A DNA stretch of 64,000 bases from Alphaproteobacteria bacterium (GTDB lineage: Bacteria > Pseudomonadota > Alphaproteobacteria > MPNO01). Position numbers and translations under genes: made by a program. Location: NCBI GenBank assembly GCA_964291675.2, contig OZ219866.1:1472001-1536000 (forward strand), written 5' to 3'. The stretch's first letter is position 1. Each line of letters opens with the position of its first letter. Shown piece after piece: positions 9,748 through 18,874 of this stretch. The notes under the pieces are model-generated. The model made no database searches and was not told the origin of the DNA. It worked only from the letters and a program-made list of their open reading frames with translations.

Positions 9748-10341
9748 TTGACCTCAAGAGCGGCAGTCTTCATCGACGGCGGCCATCTCCGGGTCCTCGC
9801 CAGACAGAACGAATTCAGATACGACCCGGACCTCATCGAGGCCGTCGCGCTCGCATGCGTCGACCCGGAGGAAGAGTTGCTTCGGGTCCTCTACTACGAT
9901 TGCGCCCCCTATCAGGGCAGTCTGCGATTGCCCGTTTCCGGGCAGCGACAGGAGTTCGCGGGCTCCGACGAGTGGCTTCGGCAGTTGGCGGCCAAACGGC
10001 AATTTGCCGTTCTCCTCGGTACGCTGAAGTTTCGGGGCTTCGTGCCGAAGAAAGTGCCCATATCATCGGGACCGCTATCGGACGACGACTTTCGGCCCCG
10101 CTTCGAGCAGAAGGGAGTCGACATGCGGCTGGGCCTCGACATTGCAACCCATGCTTCGGATAGATCGGTGGACCGCATTGTTTTGGTCACCGCGGATACC
10201 GACTGCTTGCCCATCATGAAGCGCGCCCGCACCGCGGGGCTTCAAGTCGTCTTGGTCGAATTGCCGAAACAAAGACTTGCGCGGGAGCTGCGCTGGCATT
10301 CCGATTTCGTCCGGCCAGTGCAGTGGCCAAGACAGGGGTGA
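9748..10341 (+). CDS. NYN-domain (LabA/DUF88, PIN-like) ribonuclease
   Basis: AVFIDGG, RVLYYD, EQKGVDMRLGLD, LVTADTD; lower GC than flanking genes; TTG start inferred. Confidence 0.88.
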   Translation: MTSRAAVFIDGGHLRVLARQNEFRYDPDLIEAVALACVDPEEELLRVLYYDCAPYQGSLRLPVSGQRQEFAGSDEWLRQLAAKRQFAVLLGTLKFRGFVPKKVPISSGPLSDDDFRPRFEQKGVDMRLGLDIATHASDRSVDRIVLVTADTDCLPIMKRARTAGLQVVLVELPKQRLARELRWHSDFVRPVQWPRQG

Positions 10342-10368
10342 GAAATCCGGGCTCGCGGCGGGGTGCCC

Positions 10369-11442
10369 TCACGCGACGGTCCAGACCGTCTCCGAGAACC
10401 CGCATTCCCGACAGTCGCGCAGATACGCGTCGCGCTCGCTGCGAATCCGCACCCTGGCATTGCGCCGGCCCTTCGCTCCGCATGCCGAGCACACGAGAGG
10501 CATGAGCGTGTTCCTGCCGCAGGAATCGCAGATCCAGAAATACCCGTGATCGCCGGAACCCGCGACAAGCTCCCGGCCATCGCAATGCCGGCACGCCGCT
10601 CCGCCGGCCGGAGCGCCATCGCCGCGCCCGGCGCCGCTTCGCCGGGCAACGTGGTCGTCGACCGGGTTGTCGCGGCGCGCCGGCGGATCGTCCGGATCGT
10701 CCGCGTTCAGCGCCGCGAGAAACCCGGCCACGCCCGCCACGTCCTCGGACGCCATGCGCCACCCGCCATAGGAGCGGCCCCGACCGACGCACAGGATGCC
10801 GGAGCCCTTGCGATGCCGGCCGATCTCGCGGCAGACCCTGTCCGGGATCGTATCCGCCTTGCCGACGAGTGGCGGGAACGCCTGCCCGGGCCGCTTGCGG
10901 CCGTCGATCTTCTCGATGATCCCGTAATCCGAGACCGCGAAGACCAGCTGCAGCGGTGCGTGCCGGAACCCGAGCTGGTCGGTCCCGTCCACGATCTTCG
11001 CGACGGTGCGGGATCCGAAGGGCAGCTTCCCGACCAGCTCCTCGCGGCGGCGTTCGAGGAAGCCGCGCAGGAATTCGGCCTGGGTCTCCGCCCGTTCGAT
11101 CGGGCACGGCATCTCCGTCTCTCTTCCCCGGCAGGAGCGGATCCACTCGTATCCGTCCGAACCGTCGGAGCGGATCGTCACGTCGCCGGCCACCGACTTG
11201 CTTTCGACGACGAACATGCCCCAGCGATGGACGACCAGGTGGTCGAACCGGCACTCGCCCGGAGAGCCGTCCGGCTGCGGCTGCTCGGGATCCTCGATTC
11301 TCAGATCGTGCAGCACGTGGACCTCCGGATGGTCCTCGAAGCAGCATTGCAGGTGGAACGCCACGCGCCTCTCGGCCGCGGCGTCGGCTTGTACGCGGCG
11401 GTCCGATGTATCCGCCTTGTGCTGGTACGGTTTCGCGATCAT
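10369..11442 (-). CDS. NERD nuclease-related domain protein with C-terminal Zn-ribbon motifs
   Basis: AERRVAFHL...VLHDLRI...FDHLVVHRWGMFVVESKS...PIERAETQ; C-terminal CxxC repeats (CRHC, CDSC, CSAC, CREC). Confidence 0.8.
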   Translation of the reverse strand: MIAKPYQHKADTSDRRVQADAAAERRVAFHLQCCFEDHPEVHVLHDLRIEDPEQPQPDGSPGECRFDHLVVHRWGMFVVESKSVAGDVTIRSDGSDGYEWIRSCRGRETEMPCPIERAETQAEFLRGFLERRREELVGKLPFGSRTVAKIVDGTDQLGFRHAPLQLVFAVSDYGIIEKIDGRKRPGQAFPPLVGKADTIPDRVCREIGRHRKGSGILCVGRGRSYGGWRMASEDVAGVAGFLAALNADDPDDPPARRDNPVDDHVARRSGAGRGDGAPAGGAACRHCDGRELVAGSGDHGYFWICDSCGRNTLMPLVCSACGAKGRRNARVRIRSERDAYLRDCRECGFSETVWTVA

Positions 11443-11594
11443 CAGGCTGCTGTTGGCGTGGTCACGGCGTGCGGAGCCGCACGGCGATCGAATGTCTCAC
11501 GCCCATGCCCGGCGCAACAGCCGAAACGCCCCGCCGCACCCGGGGCAAATCGTCGCAGCGGCGCGGGTCGTGCTCGGGAACCGCCGACGCGGCC

Positions 11595-11704
11595 GTCCTT
11601 CGATACGCCCCCCTTCGGTGGGCTACTCAGGATGAGGAGAGGCTCGTATGGCTCAAAATGAACCCCTCATCCCGCGTAGGCCCGAAGGGGCCGTATCGCG
11701 GGAC
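11595..11704. repeat. Palindromic interspersed repeat family A, copy 1
   Basis: GTCCTTCGATACG...CTCAGGATGAGG...CCTCATCCCG...CGTATCGCGGGAC; homologous to 30964-31070. Confidence 0.85.
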
Positions 11705-11724
11705 GCGCCCCCATGGGGGCGGGG

Positions 11725-12744
11725 TCAGGCCTCCCCGGCGAGCAGCCGGTCGAGCACGCGCTGCGCGGCGAGCACCCCGGCATCGGCGTTGATGTCGACC
11801 CGCGGCAGCCCCGCGGGCATGGTCTCGATGCTGCGCTGCTGCGCCTCGATCAGCCCGACATCCTCGGCGAAGGTGGTCTCCGCCGCCCGGGCCAGATAGG
11901 CGGTGACCGATTCGTCGTCCAACTTGAAGCCGCGCGCGTGGTGCCAGAAATAATGCGCGCTGGTCTCGGTCTCAGGCGTGATGGTGTGGTTGGAGTAGAG
12001 CTCGATCCCGCCCGCCCGGTTGCCCTCGCGCGCGCCCTGCCCCGCCGGGGCGCAGCCCGCGTCGATCACGACATGGCTGGGCGGGGTCCAGGTGATGAGC
12101 TGCCAGCGGTCGACGTCGTAGTCGATGCCGCCCGCGCGGGCGAACATGCCGGGCGGCTTGCCGCCCATGATCCAGCGGTCGACATGGACCCGGTCGCCGT
12201 CGCGGCTGACCTCGACCGGGAAGTCGGCGACGCGGTCGGTGCCCAGCGTCGCGCCGTGGACGAACTGCACGTGCGACAGGTCGAGCAAATTGTCGACGAT
12301 CAGGCGCCAGCCGCCGGCGACGTGGAACCGCCCCTGCACCGACCGCCACCCCGGGTCGTCGTTCCAGTGGTAGTCGGGGACCGACGCCGCATCCGCCCGC
12401 GCGGGATCGTCCATCCAGATCCAGACGAAGCGGTCGCGCTCGACCACGGGGTAGGACGCCACCCGGGCGCCCGGCGGCACGCTGGTCTGGCCGGGCACCT
12501 CGATGCAGCTCCCGTCCGGCGCGAACAGCAGGCCATGGTAGCCGCAGCGCAGCCCGCGCTGCTCGGTGCGGCCGTGCGACAGCGGCGCCTGGCGGTGGAT
12601 GCAGCGGTCGGCGAGCGCCGCGGCCCTGCCGTCCGCGCCGCGGAACAGCACCACCGGCTTGTCCAGGATGCGCCGCGCGAGCGGGGCTTCGCCGACTTCC
12701 TCGTCCCAGGCCGCGGCGTACCAGCAATTCGTCAGGAAGGCCAT
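11725..12744 (-). CDS. Rieske non-heme iron oxygenase alpha subunit (VanA-like)
   Basis: DRCIHR...CGYHG Rieske motif; DNLLDLSHVQFVH mononuclear iron motif. Confidence 0.92.
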   Translation of the reverse strand: MAFLTNCWYAAAWDEEVGEAPLARRILDKPVVLFRGADGRAAALADRCIHRQAPLSHGRTEQRGLRCGYHGLLFAPDGSCIEVPGQTSVPPGARVASYPVVERDRFVWIWMDDPARADAASVPDYHWNDDPGWRSVQGRFHVAGGWRLIVDNLLDLSHVQFVHGATLGTDRVADFPVEVSRDGDRVHVDRWIMGGKPPGMFARAGGIDYDVDRWQLITWTPPSHVVIDAGCAPAGQGAREGNRAGGIELYSNHTITPETETSAHYFWHHARGFKLDDESVTAYLARAAETTFAEDVGLIEAQQRSIETMPAGLPRVDINADAGVLAAQRVLDRLLAGEA

Positions 12745-15086
12745 CGCGCGCTCCTTCGACGCCGCGCGGCGGCGACCGCCGCGGCGATCCGGTCGGGGGC
12801 AATCGGCACATCGTCGATGAGGATGCCGAACGGCGCAAGCGCGTCCTCGACCGCGGCGGCGATCGCGGCGGGTGCCGGAATCACCCCGCCCTCCCCCGCC
12901 CCCTTGGCGCCGAGCGGGTTGAGCGGGGTGGGCGAGACGGTGTGGCGGAGGCCGATGCGCGGCGCCTCGCAGGCACCGGGCATCACGTACTCGCCGAGAT
13001 TGACCGTCATGGGCTGCCCCGCATCGTCGAACACCATGCGCTCGTACAGCGCGCTGCCGATTCCGTGCACCGCCCCGCCGACCACCTGGCCCTCGACGAT
13101 CATCGGGTTGATCATCCGCCCGCAGTCATGGACCACCGTGTAGCGCAGGATGTCGACCGCCCCCGTCTCGATGTCGACCTCGACCTCCGCGACGTGGCAG
13201 CCATTGCAATAGGTCAGCGTGTCCGGGACGAAAGTGCCGAGCGCGTCCATCCCGGGCTCCATCCCGCCGGGCAGCGCGTAGCCCGGCTGCCCGGCAAGCG
13301 TCCGGGCGATGTCGCCGAGCGCGACCGACATGTCCGCCACCCCGCGCACCCGGACCCGCCCGCCGGCGAGCTCCAGGTCGTCGGGCGCGGCCTCCAGCAT
13401 GTGCGCGGCGACCCGGACCGCCTTGTCGGCGAGCGCCGAGGCGGCGATGTGGGCCGAGGAACCGGCGGTCACCGCCTGGCGGCTGGCGAACGCGCCGAGG
13501 CCGAGGGAGACCGAGTCGGTGTCGCCCGCGGTGACGTCGACCGCGCCCGGATCGAGGCCCAGCGCCGCGGCGCAGATTTGGGCGAGCGCCGTCTTGAGCC
13601 CCTGGCCCTGGTCGGTCGCCCCGGTGGCCAGCGTCACCCGGCCCGACGGGTGGACGCGGATGCGCGCGGATTCGAAGGGGCCGCGCCCGGTTCCCTCGAC
13701 ATAGTTGCCGACGCCGATCCCGGCATGGCGCCCGGCCTCGCGCAGCGCCGCCTGCCGATCGCGAAAGGACCCGTACCCGGCCGCCTCCAGGGCCAGCGAC
13801 AGGGTCGCCGGATAGTCGCCGCTGTCATAGGTCATCCAGGTGCCGTCCCGGTTCCTGACCGGGGTCCGGTAGGGCATGGATTCGGGCCGGATCAGGTTGC
13901 GGCGGCGGATCTCCGTCCTGTCGAGCCCGAGCAGCCCGGCCGCCCGGTCGAGCAGGCGTTCCATCGCGAACGTACCCTGCGGGCGGCCGGCGCCGCGCAC
14001 CGGCGTCACCGCCACCTTGTTGGTCGCCGCCAGGCGGATGTCGAGCGCGTAGGCCGGCACCGCGTAGGGACCCAGCAGGTTGGTCGCCGAGTTGTAGGGC
14101 AGGTTGACACCGTAGGGCGTATAGGCGCCGTGGTCGTGGACCAGCGTGCCGCGCACCCCGAGAATCCGGCCCCCGGAATCGAGCGCCATCTCCACGTCCC
14201 AGAACTGGTCGCGCTCCTGGGTGGTGGCGGTGAAGTGCTCGCGGCGGTCCTCGATCCATTTCACCGGCCGGCCGAGGATGCGCGCGGCGAGGGCTACGAC
14301 CGCCTCCTCGGCATAGAAGACGAATTTGGGCCCGAACCCGCCGCCGACATCGGGCGCGATGACCCGGAGCTCGTCCTCGCCGCAGCCCAGCAGGTCCGTC
14401 AGCACCGCGTGCGCGCGATGCGGCATCTGGGTGCCGCTCCAGACGGTGAGCCTCCCGTCATCGGGATCGGGCCGGGCGAGCACGCCGCGGCACTCGATGG
14501 CATGCCCCAGACCCTTGTTCTGGTGCATCGCGGCGCGGACCACGTGGCGCGCGCCGGCGAAGGCCCGGTCGCAATCGCCATAGGCCATGGTCAGCGCGGC
14601 GACCAGGTTGTCGGAGATCGCGCCATGGGCGGGGGGCGCGCCGTCCTCCAGCGCGCGCCGGCAATCGATCGCCGGCGCCAGCTTCCGGTAGTCGACGGCG
14701 ACCAGGGCGGCGGCGTCCTCGGCGCGGTAGGGGCAGTCCGCGATCGCCGCCGCCACCGGCTCGCCGACATGGCGGACCTCCCCGTCGGCGAGGATCGGCG
14801 GGTCCAGCGCGTGGCGGATCGCGCCGGAGGGCTGGGCCAGCGGCATCGTCACCCGGGTCACATGCGCGCGCAGATCGTCGAGGGCGAGCACCGCGCGCAC
14901 CCCCGGCGACGCCAGGGCGGCCTCGCGGTCGATGCCGGCGATCCGGGCATGCGCCTCGCCGCTCCTGACGAAGACGGCGTGGAGCAGGCCGGGGAAGCGC
15001 AGATCGTCGACGAACCGGCCCCGCCCGCGCAGCAGCGCCGGATCCTCGATCCTGGGGACCGGCTCGCCGACGGCGCCGGAGCTCAA
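12732..15086 (-). CDS. Xanthine dehydrogenase/CoxL-family Mo large subunit
   Basis: PRIEDPALLRGRGRFVDD, DVGGGFGPK, PVRGAGRP, QGQG, GAKGAGEGG; TTG start overlaps the SDR stop. Confidence 0.9.
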   Translation of the reverse strand: MSSGAVGEPVPRIEDPALLRGRGRFVDDLRFPGLLHAVFVRSGEAHARIAGIDREAALASPGVRAVLALDDLRAHVTRVTMPLAQPSGAIRHALDPPILADGEVRHVGEPVAAAIADCPYRAEDAAALVAVDYRKLAPAIDCRRALEDGAPPAHGAISDNLVAALTMAYGDCDRAFAGARHVVRAAMHQNKGLGHAIECRGVLARPDPDDGRLTVWSGTQMPHRAHAVLTDLLGCGEDELRVIAPDVGGGFGPKFVFYAEEAVVALAARILGRPVKWIEDRREHFTATTQERDQFWDVEMALDSGGRILGVRGTLVHDHGAYTPYGVNLPYNSATNLLGPYAVPAYALDIRLAATNKVAVTPVRGAGRPQGTFAMERLLDRAAGLLGLDRTEIRRRNLIRPESMPYRTPVRNRDGTWMTYDSGDYPATLSLALEAAGYGSFRDRQAALREAGRHAGIGVGNYVEGTGRGPFESARIRVHPSGRVTLATGATDQGQGLKTALAQICAAALGLDPGAVDVTAGDTDSVSLGLGAFASRQAVTAGSSAHIAASALADKAVRVAAHMLEAAPDDLELAGGRVRVRGVADMSVALGDIARTLAGQPGYALPGGMEPGMDALGTFVPDTLTYCNGCHVAEVEVDIETGAVDILRYTVVHDCGRMINPMIVEGQVVGGAVHGIGSALYERMVFDDAGQPMTVNLGEYVMPGACEAPRIGLRHTVSPTPLNPLGAKGAGEGGVIPAPAAIAAAVEDALAPFGILIDDVPIAPDRIAAAVAAARRRRSARWPS

Positions 15087-15835
15087 GGCCTCACCCAGCC
15101 GCCGTCGACATAGAGCGTCTGGCCGGTGACGAAGGCCGCATCGTCGCTCGCCAGGAAGGACAGCGTGCCGGCGAGGTCGTCGGGCCGCTGCTCGCGCTTG
15201 ATCGCCTGCATGGCGGCGACCGCGGCGAAGCGTTCGTCCGACCGCGGGTTGGTCACCTGCGTGCCGTGGGTACGCACCAGGCTGGGCGCGATCGCGTTCA
15301 CCGTGATCCCCTTGTCCGCGAGATCGCTGGCGAGCGCCCGGGTGAAGCCGATCACGCCCCCCTTGCTCGCGATGTAGTGGCTGTAGCCGGTCACCGGGGT
15401 GCCGAAGGTGTTGGACGCCAAGTTGACGATCCGGCCCCAGCCGCGCTCCGCCATGCCGGGCGCGAACGCCTTCGCCGTCAAAAACATGGAATCGAGGTTG
15501 ATCGCCATCACCCGCCGCCACTTGGCGAAGGTGACCGCCTCGAAGGGCTCGTTGGGATAGACGCCGACATTGTTGACCAGGATGTCGCAGCGCCCGAAGC
15601 GCTCGCCGATCTCGGCGGCGAGGCGGGCGACGCCGTCCTCCGAGGCGACGTCGCAGGCGAACGAAGCGGCCTCCGCCCCGGCGTCGGACAGCATCGCAAG
15701 CGTCTCCGTCGCCGGTTCGAGATCGACCACCGCGACCGCCGCGCCGTCCTGCGCGAGACGCCGCGCGAAGGCCCGGCCGATACCCACGGCTCCGCCGGTC
15801 ACCGCCGCGACCCGGCCCTGATGACGATTGGACAT
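15083..15835 (-). CDS. Short-chain dehydrogenase/reductase, 1-phenylethanol dehydrogenase-like
   Basis: TGGAVGIG, FGRCDILVNN, YIASK, GFTRALASDL, ITVNAIAPSLVRT; resembles Aromatoleum Ped as I recall it. Confidence 0.88.
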   Translation of the reverse strand: MSNRHQGRVAAVTGGAVGIGRAFARRLAQDGAAVAVVDLEPATETLAMLSDAGAEAASFACDVASEDGVARLAAEIGERFGRCDILVNNVGVYPNEPFEAVTFAKWRRVMAINLDSMFLTAKAFAPGMAERGWGRIVNLASNTFGTPVTGYSHYIASKGGVIGFTRALASDLADKGITVNAIAPSLVRTHGTQVTNPRSDERFAAVAAMQAIKREQRPDDLAGTLSFLASDDAAFVTGQTLYVDGGWVRP

Positions 15836-15906
15836 CGCATAGCTCCCTTTGGCGTGGCTGGCGAACTATCATCGCGATCGGGCGGAATATTGGTAGGGGG
15901 CGGGCG

Positions 15907-18240
15907 GTGAGCGCGCGCGGGGAAGCCGACGATTTGCGGGCGATGGTGCTGGGGCGCGGGCGGTTCGTCGACGACTTCGACCCGCCCGGATGTCTCCACG
16001 TCCATTTCCTCAGAAGCCCGTTCGCGCGAGCGCGGATCGCCGGCATCGACGCGGCGGCGGCGCGGGCGGCCGACGGCGTGGTCCGGGTCTTGCTGGGCGG
16101 CGACCTGGCCGGGGTCACCGCGCCGGTCGCCGCCCGCATGGACGAGGCCGACTGGTATCGCTACCGCCCCACCGCCTGGCCGCTGATCGCCGAGACCGAA
16201 ATCCGCTTCGCGGGCGAGATCGTGGCCGCGGTGGTGGCGCGCGACGCCTATGCCGCGGAAGACGCCGCCGCGTCGATCGACGTGGACTACCGTCCCGAGG
16301 ACCCGGTCGCCGACATCGAGACGGCGCTCGGCGACGGCGCGCCGCCGGTGCACGAGGCGCTCGGCGGCAACACCCTGTTCGAGAGCCGCTTCGTCAGCGA
16401 CGCCGAGGCCGATCCCTTCGCCGACGCCCCGGTCGTCGTGTCGGGCCGCTTCCGCCACCCCCGGGTCGCGCCCTCGCCCATCGAGTGCTGCGGCTGTCTC
16501 GCGGTCCACGACCGGCGCGACGACGTGACCGAGATCCGCTCGCCGACCCAGGTGCCGCATATCCTGCGCGACGGAATCGCCAGGTTCCTGCGTCTTCCGG
16601 AGTCGAAGATCCGGGTCCGCCCGACCGATATCGGCGGCGGGTTCGGGGTCAAGATGCCGCTCTACCCGGAGGAGGCGATCGCCGCCTTCGCGGCGCGCAG
16701 CATCGGCGGCGCGGTCAAGTGGACCCAGGACCGGCGGCAGCACCTGGAGCGCGGCTACCACGCAAGGGACGCGGTGATCGAGGCCTCGCTCGCGGCCGAT
16801 GAGGACGGCCGGATTCTGGGCCTGAAGGCGGAACTCCGCTGCGATGCCGGCGCCTACACGCCCTACCCGCTCGGCCCGTCGCTCGAACCGCACACCGCGC
16901 TGGTCGGGCTGCCCGGCCCCTACGCCATCCCGTTCATCGACTACACCTCGCGCGCGGTCGCCACCAACAAATGCCCGACCGGCCCCTATCGCGGCGTCGG
17001 CTTCGGCCTCTGCCCGTTGGTGACGGAGAGCCTGGTCGACGCGCTCGCGCGGCGCATCGGCGCGGATCGCATCGCCGTCAGGCGGCGCAACCTGGTGCCC
17101 ACCGGGGCGTTCCCGTTCAGGACCGTCTCCGGCGGGATCATCGACAGCGGCGATTACGAGGGGCTGCTCGAAAAGCTGCTCGCCGCGGCGAAGATCGACG
17201 AGGCGGAGGACAGGCAGGGGCGCCGGGTCGGGGTCGGCATCTCCTGCTTCATCGAGCCCACCGGCATGGGCTGCACCGTGTTCCGCGGGCGCGGCATGAC
17301 CGACGTCCCGGGCTACGATTCGGCGGTGCTGCGCATCGCCCGGTCGGGCGCGGTCGAGGCCTATGTGACCACCCCCTCGATGGGCCAGCAGCCTTTTGTG
17401 GCGATGCGCCGGATCGTGGCCGAGAAATTCGGCATCGACGCCGCGCGGGTCCATGTCGCCTGCGCCGACACCGAGACCATGCCGCACGGCTCGGGCGCGT
17501 TCGCGAGCCGCGGGCTGGTCTCGGGCGGCGGCGCGCTGCACCGCGCGGCGAGCCAGGCGGTCGACCGGATGAAGCAATTCGCCGCGATCAAGCTGGAGCT
17601 CGACCCCGCCGACATCGTCTTCGCCGACGGGCGGTTCGCGGACGGGCGGAACTCGAACCGGTTCGCCACCTTCGAGGAGATCGCCGACTTCGCCCATTCG
17701 CCGAGCCCCGGCCTGCCCGACGGCCTGCCGCACGGGTTGCAGACCGCCGCGACCTTCGACACCCCGGGCGCGGCGACCTCGGCGGCGATGCACATCGCCG
17801 TCGTCGCCGTCGACACCGAGACCGGCGCGGTCGAGATCCTCCGATACACGGTGGCCGAGGATTGCGGCACCATCGCCGATATCGACGTGGTCGAGGGCCA
17901 GACCTGGGGCGGCGTGCTCCAGGGCATCGGCGCGGCGCTGCTGGAGGAAATCCGCTATGACGCGGCGGGGCAGCTCCAATCGGCCAGCTTCGCCGACTAC
18001 ACGATCCCCGGCGCGTTCGAGGCGCCGGGGATCGAGATCGTCCACCAGGAAACCCCCTCGCCGATCACCGAAGGCGGCTACAAGGGGGTGGGCGAGAGCG
18101 GCACCATCGGCGCGCCGGCGGCGATCGCCGGCGCGGTCCTCGACGCGCTCGGCCTCGAATGCGGCGATCTCCGACTGCCGCTCACCCCGGACCGGGTGCT
18201 GGCGCTGATCGCGGCGGCGGGAAGCCGGTCAGGCTCCTGA
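15907..18240 (+). CDS. Xanthine dehydrogenase/CoxL-family Mo large subunit
   Basis: GRGRFVDD, DIGGGFGVK, PYRGVG, GYKGVGESG. Confidence 0.88.
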   Translation: MSARGEADDLRAMVLGRGRFVDDFDPPGCLHVHFLRSPFARARIAGIDAAAARAADGVVRVLLGGDLAGVTAPVAARMDEADWYRYRPTAWPLIAETEIRFAGEIVAAVVARDAYAAEDAAASIDVDYRPEDPVADIETALGDGAPPVHEALGGNTLFESRFVSDAEADPFADAPVVVSGRFRHPRVAPSPIECCGCLAVHDRRDDVTEIRSPTQVPHILRDGIARFLRLPESKIRVRPTDIGGGFGVKMPLYPEEAIAAFAARSIGGAVKWTQDRRQHLERGYHARDAVIEASLAADEDGRILGLKAELRCDAGAYTPYPLGPSLEPHTALVGLPGPYAIPFIDYTSRAVATNKCPTGPYRGVGFGLCPLVTESLVDALARRIGADRIAVRRRNLVPTGAFPFRTVSGGIIDSGDYEGLLEKLLAAAKIDEAEDRQGRRVGVGISCFIEPTGMGCTVFRGRGMTDVPGYDSAVLRIARSGAVEAYVTTPSMGQQPFVAMRRIVAEKFGIDAARVHVACADTETMPHGSGAFASRGLVSGGGALHRAASQAVDRMKQFAAIKLELDPADIVFADGRFADGRNSNRFATFEEIADFAHSPSPGLPDGLPHGLQTAATFDTPGAATSAAMHIAVVAVDTETGAVEILRYTVAEDCGTIADIDVVEGQTWGGVLQGIGAALLEEIRYDAAGQLQSASFADYTIPGAFEAPGIEIVHQETPSPITEGGYKGVGESGTIGAPAAIAGAVLDALGLECGDLRLPLTPDRVLALIAAAGSRSGS

Positions 18241-18852
18241 ACGCGCGCCGAACAGGCCCTTCAGCCAGCGCAGGAACGCGCTCCACATCGCGCTGGCGCC
18301 GAGCGAGAACCCCGAGATCGGCTTGGCGGGGGGCGGCGCCGGCGCGGGCTCGGCGGTCTCCTCGGGCGTCTCCGCCGCCGCCTCGTCGGCGCCGCGCTCG
18401 GCCGCGATCTGCTCGTGCAGCGCTTCGGCGAAGCGGTCGATGAGCTGCGCCGCCACGTCCTTGATCATGCCGACGCCGCGGCCGTACTGGGCGACCGAGC
18501 CGGAGAGCTGCAGGTCGGTGCGGATCTGCACCTCCGTCGTGCCGTCATCGGCCGGAACCAGGCGGAAGTCGACATTGGCGTTGGCGCCGCCGCGGCCCTT
18601 GGCATCGCGCCCCTGCGCCTTGACGCGGGCCGAGTGGCCGGAATCGTCGCGGTCCTCGAACTTCGCATCGCCCTGGAAGGTCAGCGCCACCGGCCCGAGC
18701 CGGACCGACACCTTGCCCTTGAAGGCGTTCTCGTCGACGATCTCGGTGAGCTCGGCCCCCGGCATGCAGGGGGCGATGCGCTCGATATCGGTCAGGATGG
18801 CCCAGGCCTCGTCGACCGGCACCGCGACGTTGAAGGAATTCTCGAACTCCAA
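18229..18852 (-). CDS. coxG: CoxG / SRPBCC family protein
   Basis: EFENSF...DIERIAPCMPGAEL...VRLGPV...GSVAQYGRG. Confidence 0.85.
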   Translation of the reverse strand: MEFENSFNVAVPVDEAWAILTDIERIAPCMPGAELTEIVDENAFKGKVSVRLGPVALTFQGDAKFEDRDDSGHSARVKAQGRDAKGRGGANANVDFRLVPADDGTTEVQIRTDLQLSGSVAQYGRGVGMIKDVAAQLIDRFAEALHEQIAAERGADEAAAETPEETAEPAPAPPPAKPISGFSLGASAMWSAFLRWLKGLFGARSGA

Positions 18853-18874
18853 ACCTGCCTCCCTGGGCCGGGTC

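Noticed and set aside
12732-16139. 1135-aa apparent fusion ORF
   Set aside because: The N-terminal ~350 aa are off-frame read-through across the SDR; the real gene starts at TTG 15086.
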